NCBI RefSeq assembly: GCF_035285525.1
Contig: NZ_JAYKGW010000193.1
Coordinates: forward strand, 1-32,000
Length of the DNA stretch: 32,000 nucleotides
Origin: Okeania sp.
GTDB taxonomy: Bacteria; Cyanobacteriota; Cyanobacteriia; Cyanobacteriales; Microcoleaceae
Direction: 5' to 3'
Every line of letters begins with the position of its first letter. The first letter of the stretch is position 1. Position numbers and translations under genes: made by a program. Below, piece by piece: positions 18,455-26,143 of the stretch. The notes under the pieces are model-generated. The model was not told the DNA's origin and ran no database searches. It was given only the letters and a program-made list of their open reading frames with translations.

Positions 18455-18808
18455 TTAGCAGGGAACTAATTCTTGTTCTCCCGGTTGAGTTTCAGATATT
18501 TCTGATTCCGGGATTTGCTTCAGAGGAATGTCCTGGTCTGCTTGTAAACTTGGCTGACTTTTGAGGGATAACAGTTCTCCTTCTCTTATTACAAGCGAAC
18601 TTGAACAGTCTGGACAAGTGTATACCCGGTGGGTTTGTCCATGTATTGAACCTAATTCGTCGTCAACTATTTCTGAGTTTTCTAAATAAAATAGAATTGC
18701 TCTTTCTGCTATTGATGACATTGGTTCCGAGTCAACTGCAGCCCTTATTTTGAGCTGGCGATGCAGTTTTGGTTGTATGTATAATGTAACTTTTTGCTTG
18801 TCTTGCAT
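18455..18808 (-). CDS. Ribbon-helix-helix protein with a C-terminal H-x3-H / C-x2-C zinc-knuckle-like segment
   Basis: 117 aa. KVTLYIQPKLHRQLKIRAAVDSEPMSSIAERAILFYLEN fits the RHH (CopG/Arc/MetJ) pattern, followed by HGQTHRVYTCPDC. Confidence 0.6.
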   Translation of the reverse strand: MQDKQKVTLYIQPKLHRQLKIRAAVDSEPMSSIAERAILFYLENSEIVDDELGSIHGQTHRVYTCPDCSSSLVIREGELLSLKSQPSLQADQDIPLKQIPESEISETQPGEQELVPC

Positions 18809-18843
18809 ATGACAGTCAACTTGTTTACCCGGGTATGTATATT

Positions 18844-18887
18844 ACTTTAATGATTCTTCTTCAGAATGTCAAGCGGTTTAACCGCTT
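18844..18887 (-). promoter_or_regulatory. Predicted sigma70-type promoter with an overlapping 17-bp palindromic operator
   Basis: The minus strand reads AAGCGGTT-A-AACCGCTTGACA-(17 nt)-TAAAGT. The perfect -35 TTGACA is at 18872-18867 and the -10-like TAAAGT is at 18849-18844. The 8+1+8 palindrome at 18871-18887 overlaps the -35. The ATG is at 18808. Confidence 0.5.
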
Positions 18888-18941
18888 TGACTCTATTATT
18901 GTAATATATCTTTACATTTAGGTCAATCATAAAATTAAAAT

Positions 18942-18984
18942 AAAAGCTGTAAGTATTGCCTAGAGAATACTTACAGCTTTTTTA
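18942..18984 (-). terminator. Strong bidirectional-type hairpin terminator
   Basis: Perfect 13-bp stem agctgtaagtatt/aatacttacagct with an 8-nt loop, flanked by aaaa on one side and a T-run on the other. The only convergent transcription is minus-strand, from the VOC/methyltransferase genes. Confidence 0.7.
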
Positions 18985-19039
18985 TTATGATTGTTTAAAT
19001 AAAAATTGAAAACAAAAACTGAAAAATATTATATCTTTA

Positions 19040-19371
19040 ACTAGGAAGGAAGGCAGAAGGCATAAGGCATAAGGCATAAGGCATAAGGCATAAGGCAGAA
19101 GGCATAAGGCATAAGGCATAAGGCAGAAGGAAAAGAAAGGTTGAGAAGGAAAAAGTTTTTTTAAAGGAGATGGGGTGATGGGGAGTAATTTTTTTCCAAC
19201 ATTTTGCCCAAAATCCCCTCCTTTTTGATTTTTCACCGATTTCTCACCGATTTCTCACGCCCACCGTACCGTACCGTGCATGAGTAGTTCAAACAAGGGT
19301 ACTTTTTTACACCCTAAAAATTATAAAACCTTTATCTGTAAAGACTTTAATATTTAATCAGCCAGCTCTAA
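19040..19371. mobile_element. Family A repeat copy carrying an 11-unit heptamer array
   Basis: Right terminus tttaatcagccagctctaa. 19050-19126 holds 11 tandem AAGGCA(T/G) heptamers. The internal block tttttgatttttcaccgat resembles other copies. The left boundary is uncertain. Confidence 0.55.
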
Positions 19372-19481
19372 TATAGTTCAGCTTTTTCATGCCTACCTAC
19401 TTATTTACACTCAATGTCTGGCCATTCATCTGATTAGCGTAAAATTTACGCTAACAGTTTTCTATTTTGTCCAAAGTCCAA

Positions 19482-19907
19482 TTAGGGCAAATCAGTTGAA
19501 TAATGACCCGGTATGTCTTCTAACCACTGAATAAACTCAATTATATTATTATCAGGATCGCAGGTAAATATCCAACTACAATGCCCTGGCATCAGCAAAG
19601 GCCCCTTAATGATAGGTAGTTCTTTCTCTTTTAACATTGATACAACTTCTGCCATATTTTCTGTCCTAAAAGCAACTTGAGGGCAATAAGGCTGCTTCAA
19701 TGGCTTCTTTTCAAAGTTTTTTTCCTTGACAAATTGTAAAAGTTCTAAATTACCACCATTTCCTTGTAATTCAAGGAAAGCATATGCTTCATGGTTGCTT
19801 TCATCCACTTTCTTAAGTAATAGTTTTAGCCCTAATTTTTCAGTATAAAACTTGATGGACTCATCTAAGTTAGAAACTTCAAAAGCAAAGTGATCTACCT
19901 TAAACAT
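19482..19907 (-). CDS. VOC (glyoxalase / bleomycin-resistance / dioxygenase) family protein
   Basis: 141 aa. The N-terminal VDHFAFEVSNLDESIKFYTEKLGLKL is the classic VOC beta-alpha-beta-beta-beta module start. SD aggagg upstream. Confidence 0.7.
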   Translation of the reverse strand: MFKVDHFAFEVSNLDESIKFYTEKLGLKLLLKKVDESNHEAYAFLELQGNGGNLELLQFVKEKNFEKKPLKQPYCPQVAFRTENMAEVVSMLKEKELPIIKGPLLMPGHCSWIFTCDPDNNIIEFIQWLEDIPGHYSTDLP

Positions 19908-19916
19908 AGGTTTCCT

Positions 19917-19957
19917 CCTAATAATTTCTTATTTCCCTAATAATTTCTTATTTCCCT
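19917..19957. repeat. 19-bp tandem duplication in the VOC gene leader
   Basis: cctaataatttcttatttc occurs twice (19917-19935 and 19936-19954), then cct. It begins 10 nt upstream of the start codon and overlaps the SD complement. Confidence 0.9.
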
Positions 19958-20053
19958 GATACCATAGTATATAGCCTAGCTGGTTAGAGAAAGTTATAAA
20001 AAGCTTTTAGGATTACAAACATAATTTATCTAAGTTTCTAATTAATTGAAAAA

Positions 20054-20965
20054 TCATTCGTCCCAATCTTGGTAATAGTTTGATATTTCCAAATCTTTTT
20101 CCAAAAAGATCCCCCAATTACCCTCAAAGTCAAGAATTCTCCAAAAGTATTTCAAGAACAGACTAACAACCGGCCAATTCCTGGGATAATGATAATGTTT
20201 TTTAGAAAAAACAGGCTTCCAGCCAGAATGTATAAATAACAAATTCCAATCTTCAGGACTGAGTTCAAAAATGTGTGTTTCTTCAGCAGAAACTGGTTCT
20301 TTGACGTCGTTTCTGATTCGATGTAGTCCGACACGACTTTTTTCAAAGTAAGGAACAGTTACAAACAGGTAATTACCTTTCGACTTTTTTGCCAAGCGAC
20401 GCAAAAACATCACGGGATCGTGTAAATGTTCTAGCATCTGAAAAGAAGTAAATAGATCGGTGCTTTGGCTTCCTAAATCTAAGTCTTCTGCACGACATAA
20501 AATTGCTTTTAATCCTCTACTTTTGATTTTTTCAATTGCTTTAGGATCTAAATTAACGCTAATGGTTTCTATTTTCTTAACCTTGTCTTTCAGTAATTCA
20601 GAAAAATAGAGACAATGAGTTCCCGATGAATCACCAATATCAACAAGGGTAAAAATTTCTTGGTCTTGAAATGATGCTTTTGACATTATCTCAAGGAGCA
20701 TTTGACATTGAAAAGCTTGAACCGCTCTTTCTTTCTCTTCAATAACTCCTTTATAAGTATAGTGAGTTTCTTGTGCTGAAATATCAGGCACGGTTTTTTG
20801 TAACCTTTCAATCAAAGATCGAGTTTTTTCTTGTCTGATAATTTGTTTAATTGACCAACTAGCAATTGGATAGATAAATTTCAGTAAAAAAGCTTCAAGT
20901 TCAGACAGTTTACTATTGGGAATTACCCCTTTATACATTAGCCAATAAAAGTTATCTAGTTTCAT
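20054..20965 (-). CDS. Class I SAM-dependent methyltransferase (divergent)
   Basis: 303 aa. LVDIGDSSGTH is a degenerate motif I and FQMLEHLHDP is a motif III/post-II-like segment. Confidence 0.6.
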   Translation of the reverse strand: MKLDNFYWLMYKGVIPNSKLSELEAFLLKFIYPIASWSIKQIIRQEKTRSLIERLQKTVPDISAQETHYTYKGVIEEKERAVQAFQCQMLLEIMSKASFQDQEIFTLVDIGDSSGTHCLYFSELLKDKVKKIETISVNLDPKAIEKIKSRGLKAILCRAEDLDLGSQSTDLFTSFQMLEHLHDPVMFLRRLAKKSKGNYLFVTVPYFEKSRVGLHRIRNDVKEPVSAEETHIFELSPEDWNLLFIHSGWKPVFSKKHYHYPRNWPVVSLFLKYFWRILDFEGNWGIFLEKDLEISNYYQDWDE

Positions 20966-20983
20966 AGAATCACCATCTTTTTT

Positions 20984-21706
20984 CTAAGTTTTTTGACAAA
21001 TTAATACTCTTCTCCAAGATTGATTTTCATCAAAAGGATTACCCAAAAGATCGCCGTAGGTTTCGACAATTTCAAATCCAGTTTTTGGGATATCTTCTAA
21101 TAATAAAGTAGGAGAATATAGGAATTCATCACAGGTGATTTCATCTTTTTGAAATTCCCCCAAACTCTGGCGGAAAATATACCAATATTCTCGCCAAAAA
21201 TTTTCTATTTTTAAACTTTGAGTCACCACAACAATTGAGCTATCTTCGTTAGCATAAGTTTCTTGGGTTAGATTACTTTTCTCAATTTCTACGCGATGAT
21301 TGGGTAATTCTAGAAACAGAATTCCCCCTGTTTTTAAATGTTCATAGCTACAGGACAAACACTGATTCATTTCCTGTTGGTTTTGCAATAAAGTCAAGGT
21401 AGAACTTAAAATTAAAATAGCATCAAAACTTTTTGGGAGATTGAAGGAGCGCATATCTCCTTGATGCAATTTTAAGTCAGCTTCTTTTTTCTGAGTGACT
21501 TTGATCATCTCAGGGCTAATTTCCAACCCCTCGATATTGAATCCCTGCTGCTTTAGAGGAATAGTAAATAAACCTGAACCACAGCCAAGTTCTAAAATTT
21601 CCTGTCTTTGATACTTCTGCAAAATATCAACAACAAAGGGAACTTTTTCATGGACATCAGTATATACCAAGTCATAAGCATCATTGATGCTATCATATAC
21701 AGTCAT
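20984..21706 (-). CDS. Class I SAM-dependent methyltransferase
   Basis: 240 aa. ILELGCGSGLFTIPL is motif I, followed by GLEISPEMI and FDAILIL. It lies 18 nt upstream of the next methyltransferase. Confidence 0.75.
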   Translation of the reverse strand: MTVYDSINDAYDLVYTDVHEKVPFVVDILQKYQRQEILELGCGSGLFTIPLKQQGFNIEGLEISPEMIKVTQKKEADLKLHQGDMRSFNLPKSFDAILILSSTLTLLQNQQEMNQCLSCSYEHLKTGGILFLELPNHRVEIEKSNLTQETYANEDSSIVVVTQSLKIENFWREYWYIFRQSLGEFQKDEITCDEFLYSPTLLLEDIPKTGFEIVETYGDLLGNPFDENQSWRRVLICQKT

Positions 21707-22224
21707 TAATTGTCTCCTGATTAGTGTTAGTAAGTGTTGTCAAAAATATGGGAGCCTAAGATTTTTGACTTCCCAGACGGGAAGTGCCCATTAATTAATT
21801 AATTAGGCAACTCAAGAGCTATAGAAGCCATTTGATATCTATAAAGTTAGCTGGGGAGATAGGGAGATGGGGAAATTTTAGGTAAATATGGGGATATTTT
21901 TATACTTTTTTCCCTATCATTTAGTTTCTCGAATTCTTGATTCCTGACTCCTTTTTCTTTGGCCAAGATACCATATGGGTTCTATAATATCCTAGAAGGA
22001 ATAGAAACAGGCAGGATACCTGTTCCACAAAACTATTAAAATCATCCCGCATCTATAGTAATACCAAATTTTAGATGTGTTAGTCTACTATAGCAATACT
22101 AAATTAGTCGTAAGATTTGATGGTAAGAGTTTTGTTTTCAAAAGCCTTTGCCCTTGGGTTTGGTTTCCGAACCCCTATATTTTTTTTCCACGAATAATTT
22201 CACACATATTTAGGACTGACGCAA

Positions 22225-22257
22225 AGAAACCCGGTTTCTACAAGAAACCGGGTTTCT
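22225..22257 (-). terminator. Perfect 15-bp stem hairpin downstream of the 972-aa gene
   Basis: agaaacccggtttct-aca-agaaaccgggtttct, 51 nt after the stop. Each arm is itself self-complementary. The U-tract is poor on both strands. Confidence 0.5.
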
Positions 22258-22307
22258 GAGTTTAGTTGCCTAAGTGCCGAGATTGCTATACTTTACAAAT
22301 CTACTTC

Positions 22308-25226
22308 CTAATTTCTAATTTGGAAGTTATCCTCAGTAATAGTAGGCGCACCAGCCAGGGTAACAAAGCGAGTAGGATCGCCACCTACATTGTAAAATAG
22401 ACCTCCAGAAACTTGACTGTAAACAATTGCAGCATCAGAACCACCAACAGCACCATTGTTGTTCACGATGTCAAAATCACTGTTAACACTGAAACCTATT
22501 CCAGCATCACTATCAAGTCCAGTGAAGGTTGACTTATCTAAAAGAATCAAATCGTTGTCTCGGAAATCATTGATAGTATCAACACCGAAATCATCAACAT
22601 TAAATTCATCATTACTATTGAAGATAAAGCGGTCAATACTTGCTCCACCAGTTAAAGTATCGTCACCAGCACCACCATTGATGCGATCTCGACCTTGACC
22701 ACCTTTCAACATATCATTGCCAGCACCACCAAATAGGCGATCGTTACCTTGACGACCTTGAAGTTCATCGTTACCATTCTTACCGTACAAAGAGTCACTG
22801 CCACGGTTGCCAATTATTTGATCGTTACCAGCACCACCTACTAAGGTGTCATTACCATCAAAACCTTTAATGAGATCGTTTTCACCTGTACCATTGAGAC
22901 GCTCTGCATCATCAGTACCTTCAAACACTTCACCAGCAGCCACTCCTAATCTTGGGTCTAGGTTTAGAGGCTCGTCTAGATCTATTTGGATAATTTCGTT
23001 ATTATCAATGTCTGGTCCGCGGCCAATGGAGAAAGGATAGTTGTTGTCGTTAGCAACTAGAATTGTATCTTCATCTAAAACTAACACATCTTCAATAGTT
23101 ACAAACGGGAAGGTAAAGGTATTTTCACCATCACCATTGAGGTCATCGGGGTCTGGAATATTTAGTAAGTCAACAACTTCTTCTTTGGCAACAAAACCTT
23201 GAGCATCAATGTCAGAAATGTCAATCTTGAAGATTTTCTTGAACCCAGCATCTTCTCCTTGATTGTTATCCCGTTCAATAACTAAAAACTCAGTGTTATT
23301 GATAGGAGTAAAGTCACCAATTGGATGACCAGCGACATCAGTAGGATAGAAACCGATTAAGTTGTTGAAAGAACTAGAAGCAGGCTCGAACTCATAAAGT
23401 CTGAGAGCATTATTTGGATCGCCGACAACTGCACCTTCTAATAAAGGATAGAAAGTTTCGCGATCTGGACTGAATGCCATACCTTCATAACCACGGGAAC
23501 CAGATAGGTTAGACTTGCCTGCTTCTACATTTGGGTTTTGAGGAGAACGAACTTCATCAGATGTGATTTGGTCAACTACATTTCGACCTGTTTCTGGGAA
23601 ATCAGTAAAGAAACCATCAACCCCTAAATTAATTAACTGCTCGAACTCTGCTTCTGGAGTTTGAGGGTTGCCAGATTCATCTAAAACTAGATACCGCTCT
23701 TCATTACGCAAGGTATAAGGATGAATTTGCATTCCTGCATCGTGCGCCCATTCAATATAAGGTCGGATCTCACCAGTCAATTGTGAACCAATTTCAGCAA
23801 CACCATCGCCATTGCCATCAACTGGTTCATCTAAAGATTCTCGTAGCACGAAGCTATTTTTCCAAGGGCCTAGACCTTCGGCATAGTTTTCACCGATGTA
23901 GTCAATAACATTTGCATTTGCTAGATCGCCGTAGTTGGTCTCAGCAGTGAACTCGATGGGGAAGCCGTCGTAAATACTAGGATCGGCATTTTCATCATCG
24001 CTGAAGTTATAAACGATATCGTAAGGAACGGAAAAACCGCCGCCGTTGTCGTTAATAAATGCTCCTTCTACATCTCCGAAAAGTTGTACTAAAGGAATAT
24101 CAATACCAGCCTCTGGCATGATATTGTTTTGTAAATCCAATAGATTCTCGATTTCAAAAGACTGGATGAAAATGCGGTCGGGGTCTGTGAAACCTGTATC
24201 TTGCAGGGTTTGAATTAGAGGTTCTTCTAAGGATAAATCCTGTAGGTCAAAAAATGTGGGGTGTTTGGTTTCTGGATAGATACCAACTTCAACTCCTGTA
24301 TCTGCTTCTGCGGTTTGAACCAGTTCGATGATTTCTTCAAGAGTAGGAATTTCAAACTGACCGTTGAAAGATTGGTCGCGGAAGTCACGAGGTTGAACAG
24401 CGCGTAGTTGTTTGATTTCTTCTAGGGTGAAGTCTTCTGCAAAGTAACCAGTTGTTTCTGCACCGTCAAGATTTTTGGTGCTTTGACGCTCCGGACCGAA
24501 TACTTCAGCAACGTTAGTTGTATCATCTAATAGTGGTTCGTGACGAGCAATAAGAAAACCGTCGGATGTGGTTACTAAGTCTGGTTCGATAAAGTCTGCA
24601 CCTTGCTCGATGGCTAGTTGGTAAGCTTCGAGGGTGTGTTCGGGTAGTTCTCCACTTGCACCCCTGTGTCCAACAACTAAAGGAACTTGACCGTTGAGGG
24701 TATTGAATTGAAATTCTGGGTTTGGTGTAGCAATGGGAGCTTCTAGTAAAGTTCCTTCACTATCGAAGTGTAAGATATAAGGGCCAAATTCTTCTCCGAT
24801 CCAAATATCGCCATTATTAGCTATAACAAATGACTCGATATCAAAGTCTGCTCCAGTTAGGAAGCGATCGCCTGTTTCGTTGATAATATCAAAAGGTATG
24901 AGATTATTTGGGTCTGCTAGTTGAACGAATCCTTGAATTTCAACGCTAGTATCACCATCTTCTGTTCCAGCAAAGTCTGGGTCTACTTGATATAGTCTGA
25001 GTAGATAATCAGGACTATTGCTTTGAGCGCCAAAACCGTTGTCAGACAAGAACCAAAAAGTGCTGCCATCTTCGCTATCAGGAGCAAATTGAACGGCGCT
25101 AAAACCTTGGACTGGTTGATCGTCAAATGGCACTTCCCTATTGTCTGTTTCGATAAAGTTTCCAGATGATGGACCCTCTGCAAAGGTATCTGCTGGTAAT
25201 ACGGCAAATCCTACTAATTCTGGCAT
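22308..25226 (-). CDS. Secreted-type multidomain phosphoesterase: phytase-like esterase domain split by a GDPD domain, with C-terminal RTX calcium-binding repeats
   Basis: 972 aa. VVGHRGASGELPEHTLEAYQLAIEQGADFIEPDL...ARHE and GVDGFFTDFPE bracket a glycerophosphodiester phosphodiesterase domain (about 23590-24685). The flanking segments resemble the phytase-like esterase family by recall. GGAGNDQIIGNRGSDSLYGKNGNDELQGRQGNDRLFGGAGNDML are GGxGxD nonapeptides (about 22625-22900). There is no N-terminal signal peptide. Confidence 0.75.
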   Translation of the reverse strand: MPELVGFAVLPADTFAEGPSSGNFIETDNREVPFDDQPVQGFSAVQFAPDSEDGSTFWFLSDNGFGAQSNSPDYLLRLYQVDPDFAGTEDGDTSVEIQGFVQLADPNNLIPFDIINETGDRFLTGADFDIESFVIANNGDIWIGEEFGPYILHFDSEGTLLEAPIATPNPEFQFNTLNGQVPLVVGHRGASGELPEHTLEAYQLAIEQGADFIEPDLVTTSDGFLIARHEPLLDDTTNVAEVFGPERQSTKNLDGAETTGYFAEDFTLEEIKQLRAVQPRDFRDQSFNGQFEIPTLEEIIELVQTAEADTGVEVGIYPETKHPTFFDLQDLSLEEPLIQTLQDTGFTDPDRIFIQSFEIENLLDLQNNIMPEAGIDIPLVQLFGDVEGAFINDNGGGFSVPYDIVYNFSDDENADPSIYDGFPIEFTAETNYGDLANANVIDYIGENYAEGLGPWKNSFVLRESLDEPVDGNGDGVAEIGSQLTGEIRPYIEWAHDAGMQIHPYTLRNEERYLVLDESGNPQTPEAEFEQLINLGVDGFFTDFPETGRNVVDQITSDEVRSPQNPNVEAGKSNLSGSRGYEGMAFSPDRETFYPLLEGAVVGDPNNALRLYEFEPASSSFNNLIGFYPTDVAGHPIGDFTPINNTEFLVIERDNNQGEDAGFKKIFKIDISDIDAQGFVAKEEVVDLLNIPDPDDLNGDGENTFTFPFVTIEDVLVLDEDTILVANDNNYPFSIGRGPDIDNNEIIQIDLDEPLNLDPRLGVAAGEVFEGTDDAERLNGTGENDLIKGFDGNDTLVGGAGNDQIIGNRGSDSLYGKNGNDELQGRQGNDRLFGGAGNDMLKGGQGRDRINGGAGDDTLTGGASIDRFIFNSNDEFNVDDFGVDTINDFRDNDLILLDKSTFTGLDSDAGIGFSVNSDFDIVNNNGAVGGSDAAIVYSQVSGGLFYNVGGDPTRFVTLAGAPTITEDNFQIRN

Positions 25227-25274
25227 TTTATTTTTTTCTCACCCTTGTAAGTTTACAGAAATTCCTTAGATTCA

Positions 25275-25290
25275 CTTTCTATATAGAAAG
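25275..25290. promoter_or_regulatory. Perfect 16-bp palindrome in the leader of the 972-aa gene
   Basis: ctttctatatagaaag equals its own reverse complement. It lies 49-64 nt upstream of the ATG. Confidence 0.4.
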
Positions 25291-25439
25291 ATTGTTTTTG
25301 AAGACATAAAGATATGACTCCATCTATTTCCTAATCAGGTGTTAGGAATTAATCTAAGTTGAAAATACAAATCTACTCAAATGTCTGATTGACTTTTGTA
25401 GTTTTGATTTGTTGGGAAATTTTCAATAATTCCTTGGAT

Positions 25440-25515
25440 ATAGTATTAGATGAATATTAAGTTAATGTTTAGAACAGGTTAAGATAAGATTTAATTTAGG
25501 TTAAGTAAGTTTAAA
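25440..25515 (-). promoter_or_regulatory. Pho-box-like array (six 8-bp units on an 11-bp register) plus a -10-like hexamer
   Basis: The minus strand reads TTTAAACT ta CTTAACCT aaa TTAAATCT tat CTTAACCT gtt CTAAACAT taa CTTAATAT, then 8 nt, then TACTAT (25445-25440). Unit starts are spaced 10, 11, 11, 11, 11 nt. Confidence 0.55.
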
Positions 25516-25980
25516 AAAATAGTTGCAGCAAATTCCTAAAAATATAAAGTAGTTCATCTAGTAGGAAAAGATATTAAGGAATGAAAATTTATTAACTTCC
25601 ATATTTCCTGCACAGGAGCATTTTAGTGCGGTACTTATAGCCAATTTTTGTGGATATTATTTAATTCTCATTCCTAAGATAAGTTCAAAAACTACAGTTA
25701 TGCCAGAATCAGGTTTTCGGCATTTTAATCAGATAAAACAAGAGCAAAAAAAAGGCGATCGCTAATTATATTGATGAGTCATCGGAGATTATGAATTTTG
25801 TATAGAAACAGCAAAACAAAAGTACGGAGATTACTTTCAAAATGAGGAGATTATTAAATATTATGCCATACTTCTTTATTAAGAAACAAAAAAGAAATTT
25901 CAGAAATAAGAAGGAGGAAGAAGGAGTAAATATTATTTCAAAAAAGGGGAAAATGATAGAGATAGCTGTTTAAAATTAAT

Positions 25981-26023
25981 GGGATAGGGTTTGAGTTTAG
26001 AGACCAAATCCCTACATTTTTTT
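25981..26023 (+). terminator. Plus-strand terminator-like hairpin in the 917-bp gene-free gap
   Basis: agggtttg-(11 nt)-caaa(t)ccct with one bulge, followed 3 nt later by seven T's. No annotated plus-strand gene lies upstream. Confidence 0.35.
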
Positions 26024-26143
26024 GCACAAATTTAAAGATTGCTATACATAACTCATTTTCTTCTAGAGCTAGATAAAATTCAATTATTAATCTTCCTTTC
26101 TACTTCTAATTTCTCCCTTCTAATTTCTTTCTTATTCCTTCTT

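Noticed and set aside
18455-18808. RHH protein as the antitoxin of a toxin-antitoxin pair
   Set aside because: No small toxin-like ORF lies adjacent or overlapping. The next gene is 236 bp away and is a 508-aa AAA+ ATPase of a conserved core family.
22308-25226. Horizontal acquisition of the 972-aa gene, based on visibly higher G+C
   Set aside because: Other conserved genes here (ntcA, ycf46) are similarly GC-richer than the spacers, and the gene carries a HIP1 site (24863). No mobility genes or tRNA flank it. Composition alone is insufficient.
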